Below are positions 9,192 to 18,392 of a stretch of DNA of 64,000 bases, one piece after another (the stretch's first letter is position 1; the number at the start of each line of letters is the position of its first letter). Below the pieces are notes generated by a model that was given only the letters and a program-made list of their open reading frames with translations, ran no database searches and was not told where the DNA came from. Origin of the DNA: a phage; NCBI GenBank assembly GCA_025677605.1, contig GCA_025677605.1_4110.1; one strand, written 5' to 3'. Position numbers and translations under genes: made by a program.

Positions 9192-10919
9192 TTAAAAAGA
9201 TTCACCTAAATTATTAGGGTCAAAAGAGCCATTTCCTTGCTGATTTTGGTATTCAGCGTCAGCACTTTCCAGATTACCATCTGCATCTAATCCTAGGTCC
9301 ATACCTGGGTCATTAGGAGAGTCGATACCAACTGACTGTAATCCAGCAACATCTTCTTGTTGTGGTGCATTAGAATCTTGTGGATTCTCTTGTAACCATA
9401 GCTGTTCATTTTTAACAATATCTTTCTGGGAGAAGCCCATTTTTTCAAGGATAGTTTGTTTCGCCATATATGGTAATTCATTAAGTGGCATATATGTATT
9501 AATGAGTTTCGCATCCAATTCTGCTTTACGATAAGAAGCCAAGTTAATTGGTGGATTCATAATAACTTCAAAAGAAGAAGTACTAATGTTATATCCATTT
9601 TTTACCATAAAACGCTTAAATTCAGCATCGAAAATTTTTGCAACTAGACGCTGATAACGCATACATTGGTTATTAAAACGTAATTCACTTGCCATTGCTT
9701 GAGTTGCACCATCACCAAATAGTGATACGCCGCCGTCATCTGGACCTTGTGGAAGGTAAGATGCTGGGATTTGTAAGCCACGAATTAGTTTATTATTAAA
9801 ATATCTCAAGTCATCAATCTGACCTAAGTTATCACCACCAGGTAGTGTTTGAACATCTGAACCACGACCTTCGGAAGTTTGTGGGAAGAAATAGTCTTCC
9901 AATATACTTAGTGGGTTGTATGCTGCATCCATCAATGAAGTACTGCCACCTTTATTAGAAGGTATACGTCTTTGATGGATTTCATTTTTAAAGCGTTCAA
10001 CATATGCCATTGCTTGGTGAGTTTGCATATCACCAACATCAATTTTGAATACACGGCGTTCTGGTGCACGTTGTACACGATAGATAATAATACTATCTTC
10101 AAGAAGTTCTTTTTGTTTGTAGACTTTAAAGACATCTTCTAGTATACTTGTACCGAAAGGCCAAACTCCATCTTGTCCTGTATTTAGTGACAGATGAATT
10201 ACGTGTTCTGCACCAACTGGTATAATATCCATACGACCATTTGTATTAAATGGATCGGAACTATTACCTTGGTTGGTAAAACCAGATGCACCACCTGCGG
10301 CAACTTGACCACCACCACCTAGTGTGTTCGGTATTGCCCCTGGATATGAAGCTTTATCAAAACCAATTTGAAGGTTACTAAAAACTTTATCTTTAAGGTT
10401 AAGAGATACATCTCTTATATAGTATATTACTGGTGTTTTTCCGGTTGCTTCGTTAACAAAAACCTGTTCGACATTTTTTGGGTTAACCCAATACCAGTCG
10501 AATGTTTCTGGGTCACGAATAAAGAACTGGTCACCGTACTTAAGTAGTCCGCGAACAATTTCATACATTCTTGTTTTGAAATCATTCTGTTCAGTCCATG
10601 CATCTAAGCGGTCTTCAATAGTGGTTACTTCCGTATCACCAATATTATCTTTATATTTAATTTTATATGGTAGACCAAAATCTTCAGTACTCTGTGTACA
10701 AAAGTCAGCAATAATGTTTAGTGCCGTTCTGATTTCTGGGTCTTGATCCATCTGGTCGTATTGACTGTAACGGTCAGTACGGTTTGCCAATCCGTTATAA
10801 ACCACCGGAAGGTAGGAAGCAAAATTAGTTTTGCTCCCAGTGGATTTATTACTATTGGATTGCTGGGGTACGATCGATAATTTTGATCTTCCCATAGTCA
10901 TGTGACGTTTCCAACTCAT
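9192..10919 (-). CDS. Portal protein (gp20-like)
   Basis: IYRVQRAPERRVFKIDVGDM matches the gp20 segment [20 protein letters not shown] (from memory); 575 aa; canonical position upstream of core and protease. Confidence 0.8.
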   Translation of the reverse strand: MSWKRHMTMGRSKLSIVPQQSNSNKSTGSKTNFASYLPVVYNGLANRTDRYSQYDQMDQDPEIRTALNIIADFCTQSTEDFGLPYKIKYKDNIGDTEVTTIEDRLDAWTEQNDFKTRMYEIVRGLLKYGDQFFIRDPETFDWYWVNPKNVEQVFVNEATGKTPVIYYIRDVSLNLKDKVFSNLQIGFDKASYPGAIPNTLGGGGQVAAGGASGFTNQGNSSDPFNTNGRMDIIPVGAEHVIHLSLNTGQDGVWPFGTSILEDVFKVYKQKELLEDSIIIYRVQRAPERRVFKIDVGDMQTHQAMAYVERFKNEIHQRRIPSNKGGSTSLMDAAYNPLSILEDYFFPQTSEGRGSDVQTLPGGDNLGQIDDLRYFNNKLIRGLQIPASYLPQGPDDGGVSLFGDGATQAMASELRFNNQCMRYQRLVAKIFDAEFKRFMVKNGYNISTSSFEVIMNPPINLASYRKAELDAKLINTYMPLNELPYMAKQTILEKMGFSQKDIVKNEQLWLQENPQDSNAPQQEDVAGLQSVGIDSPNDPGMDLGLDADGNLESADAEYQNQQGNGSFDPNNLGESF

Positions 10920-10934
10920 TATATTATTAATCCT

Positions 10935-13106
10935 TTAACTATTGCGTTCACCTTGTGTATTTTCAGAAATTGTTCTTAAGTAATTATTTGTCTGATTTGT
11001 TGCTGCGAGTGATTGTTCACTCATTTCTGCTAGACGTTTAAAAATTTCTTTGATCTCTTCTGAACTCATGTCATTATTTATAGTTCCGTTTTGTGGCGTT
11101 ACCAGAGATTTTATATCACGATCTGGTTCTGGTGGGAATGGTGCTTCACCAGGTTTCCATGCGGATTTATCATAATGTTTACGAGTTAATTCCATCATAG
11201 GTGGTGTATTTGGCATTACTGTAGTCTGGACGTTTTTAGGTGGTTCATAGCCCAAGACTCGATATGCATTATCTACGTTAAATGGTCTAGGTGGTGTATA
11301 TAATTTAGAAGATTTCCATTTTTGGAAGTCAAGTGTTTTTTCTTCTACAAATTTTGTGAAATCGTCTACTGAATTACCAATAGAATCCCAGAAAGATGTA
11401 GCTTTCTCTTCTATTTTCTTTTTAGGTTCTTCTTGTTTTTCAGATTTATCATCTGAACCAAACCATCCTTTTACTTTATCCCATAACTTTCCAGGTAAAT
11501 CCATGAGATTCTTCATGAAGTCATCGAATGCTTTTGAAACTTGAGTGTATGTATCACCAAATATATCTGCACCTAATCCTTCAAGCCACAATACAAATTC
11601 ATTACCGACACGATCAACATAAGCAACTGCATCCTTGAATATTGGAACTAACCCAAATCCATCTTTAGCCAATTCCCAAATAAATCCCCATGCACTATCG
11701 GTACGATCTGCAATTGCTGTCAAATAATCAACAACATTATTTTGAACATCAGCATACATTTTATTGAATGGAGCAACAAATTCAGTACTGACCCATCTGT
11801 TCAATCTATCAGTAAATTCTGCGATTTTATCTGCTGGTCGATTTTTGTCAGCATTAATTGCAGCTTCCATATCTAACATTTGCTTAGCAAATGCGGCAGC
11901 GGTGAAGTTTTGACTTCGTTGCATATCTTCCATATCTTTTTCAACGCGTTTTCTGTTTTTCTTCACCCACTGATATTGTGCTTCACGTATAGCTTTTGCA
12001 TCGGTTACACCAGACTTAACCATGTTCTCACCAAGGTCAGCGAATTCGCTAATCATTGGAGATAATAAATCATCAGGAACACCACCAATTGATATTCTGT
12101 GGCTAATCAATCTTAGGAAATCAGTACCCATATCCCCCATACCACCTGCCGCTTCGGTAAGTGCTTTAGTGGTTAATGTTGCGGTTTCTTCTGATAGTCC
12201 CACCCAGTTGTTTAGTGTAGTTTTTAGTATTCTTGCATCAAATGATTTATCAAGTGATTGTGTCTTTTTAAGTAATTCATCAATTGACATACCCATTGTC
12301 TTACTAAAAGTAGACATAGTTTTAATTAACTCTTGGGTACTTTGTGCTTGGTTTATATTCCTTACTAGTTCTGCACCACCAAATTGTTTTTGAATTTTGA
12401 TGTTACGTGCTGCTAAATCTGATAAAGTTTTTTGTGACATACCATATAGGCCAAGTTTATCTTGGGCATTTTGAACTACACCTAACAATTTACCAAATTC
12501 CTTAACGCCATCTCCATACGAACCATCCAATTGTGCAATAACATCACTATGAGTTGATATTACTTCACTGAATAGATCCATAGACATTAACGCTGAACCT
12601 GAACCTTTTAGCAAAGAGCCATAACCTTCAGCAAGAGAAACACCCGCACTGTTGACTCTGTTGTACATTTCAAGCTGGGCGTTCATTACGTTATATACTG
12701 CCATCCCTACATCAGCAACCATTTTAAATGCTGATGCTGCCATTCCTACAGGACCGGGAATCATAGAAAGAGAGCCAGCTACGGATGATGCACTCATACC
12801 CATTGAGTTAATGACAGTACTGACATTCGCTGAAGTACTCATCATTGTTTTACCAACGTTTGTCATTTCGCTGGACATTGCTCTGAACATTTTACCCATA
12901 GAGGATGAATTACCACGAGAACCGCGTCCACCACCACTTGGTCCAGGTGAATCGCCAGGTGATGGGTTACCACCACCATTATTTTTCTTTTTATCATTCT
13001 TTAAACTTTCTGCTAACAATTCACGTATAGCTGAAAGACCATCTACGGTATCATTAGATTTATTCACTATCTGTTGTAGTAAGTAATCACTGTTGTTTAC
13101 AGCCAT
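10935..13106 (-). CDS. Gly/Ser/Met-rich virion protein (tape-measure-like or ejection protein?)
   Basis: 723 aa; N-terminal GGGNPSPGDSPGPSGGGRGSRG then Met/Ala/Ser-rich helical segments; ends 16 nt before the portal start. Confidence 0.35.
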   Translation of the reverse strand: MAVNNSDYLLQQIVNKSNDTVDGLSAIRELLAESLKNDKKKNNGGGNPSPGDSPGPSGGGRGSRGNSSSMGKMFRAMSSEMTNVGKTMMSTSANVSTVINSMGMSASSVAGSLSMIPGPVGMAASAFKMVADVGMAVYNVMNAQLEMYNRVNSAGVSLAEGYGSLLKGSGSALMSMDLFSEVISTHSDVIAQLDGSYGDGVKEFGKLLGVVQNAQDKLGLYGMSQKTLSDLAARNIKIQKQFGGAELVRNINQAQSTQELIKTMSTFSKTMGMSIDELLKKTQSLDKSFDARILKTTLNNWVGLSEETATLTTKALTEAAGGMGDMGTDFLRLISHRISIGGVPDDLLSPMISEFADLGENMVKSGVTDAKAIREAQYQWVKKNRKRVEKDMEDMQRSQNFTAAAFAKQMLDMEAAINADKNRPADKIAEFTDRLNRWVSTEFVAPFNKMYADVQNNVVDYLTAIADRTDSAWGFIWELAKDGFGLVPIFKDAVAYVDRVGNEFVLWLEGLGADIFGDTYTQVSKAFDDFMKNLMDLPGKLWDKVKGWFGSDDKSEKQEEPKKKIEEKATSFWDSIGNSVDDFTKFVEEKTLDFQKWKSSKLYTPPRPFNVDNAYRVLGYEPPKNVQTTVMPNTPPMMELTRKHYDKSAWKPGEAPFPPEPDRDIKSLVTPQNGTINNDMSSEEIKEIFKRLAEMSEQSLAATNQTNNYLRTISENTQGERNS

Positions 13107-13138
13107 ATAATAATTCCTACATTAAGTTTATATAGGAA

Positions 13139-13146
13139 TATTTATG
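13139..13146 (-). promoter_or_regulatory. Candidate late promoter (CATAAATA on minus strand) for the 723-aa/portal operon
   Basis: ttCATAAATAttcc about 33 nt upstream of the 13106 start. Confidence 0.4.
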
Positions 13147-13159
13147 AAATGCAATGCAT

Positions 13160-13196
13160 AAAAAAAGCCCACATGGATATTAACCATATGGGCTTT
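13160..13196 (-). terminator. Rho-independent terminator after gene 13214..13756
   Basis: AGCCCACATGG/CCATATGGGCT inverted repeat (one mismatch) followed on minus strand by U7. Confidence 0.55.
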
Positions 13197-13213
13197 GATT
13201 TTATTTAATTATT

Positions 13214-13756
13214 TTAGTATCGTGGTTCCAGTACTGCACTATAGGTTCGTTTTGGTGAACCGTCACTAACATTTTTATTACTGAATATGATAGAGTTTGT
13301 TTCTCTATTAACATACAATGTACCTTCAAGTTTTACTGTCTTTTGAACACCGCCGACAGTATAAGTGAAGTCGTTAATGTTGTAATAAACATCATATCCA
13401 GATGCAGTACTTCCAATATAACTCCATGATTCATATGTCTGACCCATCAGTACTTCATCACCGTTAACAGTGAATTGGATGAATGTCCATTTTAAATGTT
13501 CCTCGTTAGGATCTTCGTTATACAGTTTACCTTTGTAGCTAACAATTTGTGTTGGTAATTCACGTTTAGTTAACTGCTCTTTGTACTCTGATTCTTTAGA
13601 TGTGGATGTTTCGCTTTTCGGAACAATCATACCGATTACTAACATAACAACCATAAAGATACCAAAGGCTTGGAACAAACGTTTGATTGTTGTCTTTATC
13701 ATAAAATATTCCTCTTGGGTGATTTTGAAGTTTTGAACATACATAAATACTTTCAT
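13214..13756 (-). CDS. Membrane-anchored hypothetical protein (start probably Met at ~13702)
   Basis: N-terminal hydrophobic helix LFQAFGIFMVVMLVIGMIVP then a soluble beta-rich domain. Confidence 0.4.
   Translation of the reverse strand: MKVFMYVQNFKITQEEYFMIKTTIKRLFQAFGIFMVVMLVIGMIVPKSETSTSKESEYKEQLTKRELPTQIVSYKGKLYNEDPNEEHLKWTFIQFTVNGDEVLMGQTYESWSYIGSTASGYDVYYNINDFTYTVGGVQKTVKLEGTLYVNRETNSIIFSNKNVSDGSPKRTYSAVLEPRY
13743..13750 (+). promoter_or_regulatory. Candidate late promoter (CATAAATA) for gene 13762..14649
   Basis: About 30 nt upstream of the probable start ATGTCAATG (13780) with GGAG RBS. Confidence 0.35.
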
Positions 13757-13761
13757 AATTA

Positions 13762-14649
13762 TTGCATGGAGAAAGTATTATGTCAATGAACCCGTTAGCA
13801 AAATACACAAAAATCGAAGAAATTAGTACTAAACTCGTCACTAACAACATTTTCCAGTACAAAGATGGTGTATTGGGGAGCAAAGGCATTAAATGTGGTG
13901 TCTGTGCTCGTAGTGCTCGTGACGAAATGATGCTCAATACACCTGATATGTTACTCAATGGTAGTGCAGTGTCATCTGTTATCGAAAACTGTGTACCAAA
14001 CATTCTAAACGCAGATGAGCTTTTTGTCAATGATGTTGAGCAAATTCTTATTGCTATCAAGTTAGCATCCAAAGAAACCAGTTATGATGTCAATGTCGTA
14101 TGTCCATCATGTTCCAAAGAAGGCCGTTTTGAACGTGATCTTTCTTATCTATTGGAAACGGCAGAATCTTTTACTGAAATTCCTAGTATTGATCTTAATA
14201 ATGGTTTGTCTCTTCAGTTCAGACCACTTACTTGGAAAGAATATTCAGAGTTTTCTCAACGTATGTTAGCTGAACAGCAAAAAACTAAGTATCTTGAAAG
14301 TACTATTGATATTTCTGAAGATGATAAAATTAAAATGTTTTCTGAAGTATTTGAAAACATGGCACAACTAAACTTTGATATGATTGCTGGAGTTATTGAT
14401 AAGGTAATTACTCCTGATGGTGATGAAGTATCAGATAAGAAATTCATAAGTGAATGGTTAGGTACTCAATCAAAAGAAGTGATCAAGCAAATCAGAGAGA
14501 AAATGGATGAAGTACTAGAGATTGGTGTATCGCATACAATGGAAGTTGAATGTATTGAATGTCAGCATCAATGGGAACTTACTGGATTAAAGTATGACCC
14601 TACTCATTTTTTCGATCTCAGCTTCTCTTCTCAAACCCAGAAGAAATAA
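13762..14649 (+). CDS. Hypothetical zinc-ribbon protein (probable start 13780, MSMNP); possible C-terminal extension by -1 frameshift
   Basis: Three CxxC pairs (CGVCARS, CPSCSK, CIECQH); slippery T_TTT_TTC near the 3' end (see findings). Confidence 0.45.
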   Translation: MHGESIMSMNPLAKYTKIEEISTKLVTNNIFQYKDGVLGSKGIKCGVCARSARDEMMLNTPDMLLNGSAVSSVIENCVPNILNADELFVNDVEQILIAIKLASKETSYDVNVVCPSCSKEGRFERDLSYLLETAESFTEIPSIDLNNGLSLQFRPLTWKEYSEFSQRMLAEQQKTKYLESTIDISEDDKIKMFSEVFENMAQLNFDMIAGVIDKVITPDGDEVSDKKFISEWLGTQSKEVIKQIREKMDEVLEIGVSHTMEVECIECQHQWELTGLKYDPTHFFDLSFSSQTQKK

Positions 14650-14841
14650 AAGAACTTCTGGATGATATGGAGTTGAATAAATCAGATATTAAAAATGCCC
14701 TTATGGATGCTGCTGTTTATGTAGATAATGTCGATTATGCAACTCTACTTAATATGCCAGTAAATGACAGAGATATGCTTATTAAGGCATACAATAAGAA
14801 AGTAAAGAAGATGAACGAGAAGCACTAATACTCATAAGAAG

Positions 14842-14866
14842 CCAGCACATTGTTGCTGGTTTTTTT
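14842..14866 (+). terminator. Rho-independent terminator
   Basis: CCAGCA-cattgt-TGCTGG hairpin followed by TTTTTTTGTTTTTGTTTTTTGGGTTTTTT. Confidence 0.6.
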
Positions 14867-15123
14867 GTTTTTGTTTTTTGGGTTTTTTACTTACAAAGTA
14901 GATGAAAGAAATTATGATCTTAAAAGATTTATTCTTGAAGGAATTCATTTGATTTATATTGAACTCATCTAACTCATTTCATTCGTTAGCTGAAGAATAT
15001 TCGTTAACTACGTTAACTCATATTCATTTTAATATAATTATAAAGAACTTTAAATGATTTAATACTTGACGGGATTTGTTGAGGATATTTCATCCCCCCG
15101 CAGGGGAATGAAGATAATAAAAA

Positions 15124-15148
15124 AGAGACAATTAAGTCTCTGTTTCTT
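15124..15148 (+). terminator. Hairpin with T-rich tail (terminator-like) inside the ORF-free region
   Basis: AGAGAC-aattaa-GTCTCT then GTTTCTT; an adjacent hairpin TCATCCCCCC-gca-GGGGAATGA lies at ~15090-15112. Confidence 0.3.
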
Positions 15149-15683
15149 GACGCTGATGGCATCGGTATTATTGTATTGCGAATTTCTTAAAATTTAAACG
15201 TAATTATATTGTAAAAATATTAAGAACGAAAGCGGGTTGCTCTGTTTCTCTCTATCGCAGTCATGTGCAACGGTCGTCAGTCTTAAACATCCTGACACTC
15301 ACCTGAAAGTCTATACAATCAAACTTCAGGCTGTTTAATGAAATGAATCATCAAACTCCCTTAGCAAATCTGGTAAGGTGCGATCCTTATACATCTATCG
15401 AGGAACTCTCTGTATGCTTATCGGAGTTCTTTATTGAGCCGTGTCGCCGTGAGGGGTTCATAATATGCCCACATCTAACGGGTTTCTTTTGCTCATCGCA
15501 CTGTTGAACTGCTCATCTACCCTCTACATTTTCGAGTGGATTAGGTTCTAATTTATATGCATTTCTGCATTCAACAGGATTGTCAGTACTACATGAAACA
15601 TTATAGCACGCAATTTAAAAGTGTCTCAAAATATCTAATCTTTTTTATAAAAAAGTACTTAAAAATTTCTTAGGAATGTATTT

Positions 15684-15691
15684 CATAAATA
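15684..15691 (+). promoter_or_regulatory. Candidate late promoter (CATAAATA) for endonuclease VII-like gene
   Basis: About 32 nt upstream of ATG 15724. Confidence 0.4.
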
Positions 15692-15723
15692 TTTCATAAA
15701 CTAACTTAGATCTAAGGCACATT

Positions 15724-16215
15724 ATGAAACGAAGACTTAAAGATAGTAAGGAAGCTGCTACGTACAGAAATGAATTATTAAAAAAGCAAAAAGGTATTGA
15801 TCCTATAATCAAGGAACCGATTAAGAAACCAGTACTCGACCACTATCACTTCGAAAACCAGCATTGTAGAGAAGTTCTACAAAATGAGGTTAACGCATGG
15901 GAAGGTAAGGTGCAGAACTCTTTCAATCGATACTTGCGTCATTTAACTGATAAACCTCTTCATGAAGTACTAAGAAATCTGGCAGATTATCTTGAAAAGA
16001 ACAATAATATTCCACCAGAAGAGCAAGTGATTCATCACACGGCATTAACTGTGGATGTTAATAAGTTTAAAAGGCTCCCAGCAACGCAGCAAAACGCGAT
16101 TCTGGAAGGGTTAGGAGTTGTCCCTGGTAGCAACACTACTGCTCGTGTAAAACAGGCTAGGAAGCTTATTAAGGACGGCAAATTAAACATGTTAGATATA
16201 AAAAAAGGGAGCTAA
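15724..16215 (+). CDS. Endonuclease VII-like (T4 gp49-type) junction-resolving nuclease, lacking the zinc-binding cysteines
   Basis: VLDHYHF...AWEGKVQNSFNRYLRHL...LRNLADYLEKNNNIPP aligns with T4 EndoVII HLDHDHE...AAEGQMKHKFNRSGL...LENLLTYLKSDYTQNNIHP (from memory); 163 aa vs 157 aa. Confidence 0.6.
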   Translation: MKRRLKDSKEAATYRNELLKKQKGIDPIIKEPIKKPVLDHYHFENQHCREVLQNEVNAWEGKVQNSFNRYLRHLTDKPLHEVLRNLADYLEKNNNIPPEEQVIHHTALTVDVNKFKRLPATQQNAILEGLGVVPGSNTTARVKQARKLIKDGKLNMLDIKKGS

Positions 16216-16235
16216 GGCTCCCTTTATTCATTATA

Positions 16236-18383
16236 TTAGAAAATATCATCAAGAGTAGCATATTCAACAGTACTGAAACCGTCTTCTTTAACCACTTTAA
16301 GGATTTTTTCTGTTTTAGATAGTAATTCTTCTCTGTGAGATATTGCATATACGTTTTTACCACGTACAGCAGCCATATCCTGGAAGATTGACCATACTCT
16401 TAGAACACCACTTGAATCAAGACCCTGATCTATCATCTCATCTATGATAAGAATATTAATACTTTGATATAATGATTCATAAGTATCGCGGAAAGCACAT
16501 GATAATGCAATATTAACACGTGTTCGTTCTCCACGACTCAATTGTTTATAGTCAAAGTACTGTCCACTCTTCTCAATCTCAACACTAAGGTCATTCAAGA
16601 AGACCACATTGTGTTCTGAACCACACATATCAATATAGTACTGCAATCTGGAGTTCAAATATGAGATATTTTGTTCAATGATACGTTTACGAACATAACT
16701 ATCCTTATTGAGCAATAGTTTAACTAAGAAATCTTGGTGATTAGCCAATTTTTCAAGGTTATTGAAGTCAGTATAATCAATAGGAACCAACGAATCGGTT
16801 GTTAAAGTATTAATCTGACTAATAAACGTATTAGTTGTGTTCATTTCGCGTTCAAGTTGTTGAGTAAGTGAGTTAAAAGTCATTTCTAACTCTTTAACTT
16901 CTGATTTATTCAACGCATCTGGAACTTCCTTTACTTCTAATGCATCAAGAGCCTCATAAGAAGACATTAGTTCATCACGGTAGATGTTAATTTGTTCTTC
17001 CTCACTCTTTTTAATAAGTTCTTGAAGCTTATGGTCATGCATTTGGGCTTCGGTAAGGGTATTATAGAAAGTTACAGGTTTAGGGGGCATATCAAATATC
17101 TCAATTGCATTGATTTCATCTGATAGTGTTGCAATTTCCAACTCAACCTTACTTATATTTTCTCTGATTAGACGAATAGTATCATTAATCTTATCTTTTA
17201 TACCATTACCATGCTCATTATGCTCCAACTCTGATAAACAAAGTGGACATTTACTATCCTCAACTGATTTTAATTTCTCTTCTTCTGCTGTAAGAGATTT
17301 AATATGAGCATTCAACGAAAGATTTAGTGAATTTAGTTTCTGTGTTTTGAAATTCTTTTGCAACTGATTATCTTTTAAGATAGATTCTAGTTGTTTCCAC
17401 AGTTCCATTTCTTCATGGTTTTTTAATTCAGATTCAATATCAATAGTTTTTAATTTATCGATACTATGCTGAATAATATTTTTATTAGTGGCTAGTTCTC
17501 TATCGTACTGATCATATTTCACTGCAAGTTCTTGAACTCTACGTTCGAGTTGTAAACGTTTAGAGATGTGTAGAAGTGCTTCTTCTTTCTCTTCAGCAGC
17601 AGCATATAAATCAGAAAATACAAAAGTACTGTATACTTCTAATTCACTTTTTAGTTTTTGCACTCTATTAGCCTTATCAATTTCAAACTTATTAGCCTGT
17701 TCCTGTAAGGTTTCAATGCTGCGTTGAATGCGTTCATTACTTGCTGCAACTGTTTCAATTTTAAACTTCTCTTGGTCAGCTAAACGTTTTGACTCTTTGT
17801 TCATATCCTTTAACAGTTCAGCTTTCTCTGTTAATTGGGTAATACCTAATAGCTCTTCAATCATATCACGTTGTTTCTGTGAAGAAAGAGCAAGGAAAGG
17901 TTCAACGTTAGCATTCAGTACTACAATGTGCTCAAAAAGTAATTGAGAGATTCCTAGAATTTCATTTAGATCTTCTTGTGTATCTTTCTTTTCACCTCTT
18001 GATTCATCGAGAACTTTATTGTCCTGACCTAGAGTGATGAAATTGAAATATGTGGGACTACGCCCACGCTCAACAAGGTATTGTATACCGTCTTTCTCGA
18101 ACTCAACGGTAACTTCACAATTTTTAGCATTTGTTTTATTAACTAAGTTTGGAATTTTAATATCGTTACCAATACTTTTTCCAAATAGTCCAAAAACAAG
18201 ACCTTGAATAATTGCACTTTTACCTACACCGTTACGACGACCAGAACTATCACCACCTTCAATGACAGCATCATTGTTTTGACCGAGTACTAAAGATATG
18301 TCAGCACCATTTAAATCAATAACTTGTGGTGCATTACCAAAGGAAAAGAAATTCCTCATTGTTATACGTGTAATGTTTAACAT
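16236..18383 (-). CDS. Recombination nuclease ATPase subunit (gp46-like, SbcC/Rad50 family)
   Basis: N-terminal Walker A GRRNGVGKSAI, long central coiled coil with CPLC zinc hook, C-terminal signature/Walker B region (LSRGERTRVNIALSCAF...ILIIDE) and H-loop. Confidence 0.85.
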   Translation of the reverse strand: MLNITRITMRNFFSFGNAPQVIDLNGADISLVLGQNNDAVIEGGDSSGRRNGVGKSAIIQGLVFGLFGKSIGNDIKIPNLVNKTNAKNCEVTVEFEKDGIQYLVERGRSPTYFNFITLGQDNKVLDESRGEKKDTQEDLNEILGISQLLFEHIVVLNANVEPFLALSSQKQRDMIEELLGITQLTEKAELLKDMNKESKRLADQEKFKIETVAASNERIQRSIETLQEQANKFEIDKANRVQKLKSELEVYSTFVFSDLYAAAEEKEEALLHISKRLQLERRVQELAVKYDQYDRELATNKNIIQHSIDKLKTIDIESELKNHEEMELWKQLESILKDNQLQKNFKTQKLNSLNLSLNAHIKSLTAEEEKLKSVEDSKCPLCLSELEHNEHGNGIKDKINDTIRLIRENISKVELEIATLSDEINAIEIFDMPPKPVTFYNTLTEAQMHDHKLQELIKKSEEEQINIYRDELMSSYEALDALEVKEVPDALNKSEVKELEMTFNSLTQQLEREMNTTNTFISQINTLTTDSLVPIDYTDFNNLEKLANHQDFLVKLLLNKDSYVRKRIIEQNISYLNSRLQYYIDMCGSEHNVVFLNDLSVEIEKSGQYFDYKQLSRGERTRVNIALSCAFRDTYESLYQSINILIIDEMIDQGLDSSGVLRVWSIFQDMAAVRGKNVYAISHREELLSKTEKILKVVKEDGFSTVEYATLDDIF

Positions 18384-18392
18384 CCGTGTCCC

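Noticed and set aside
11356-13086. Plus-strand ORFs (11356-11544, 11880-12065, 12022-12393, 12652-13086) antisense to the 723-aa gene
   Set aside because: Nested antisense ORFs without RBS; the sense gene is continuous with good operon context
13596-14072. Minus-strand ORF 13596-14072 spanning the divergent intergenic region
   Set aside because: Overlaps two better-supported genes on both strands and runs through the promoter region; no RBS
14867-15723. tRNA genes or a CRISPR array in the ORF-free region
   Set aside because: No direct repeats with spacers; no convincing acceptor/T-arm (GGTTCGAATCC-like) cloverleaf found by eye; left as unassigned ncRNA candidate region instead
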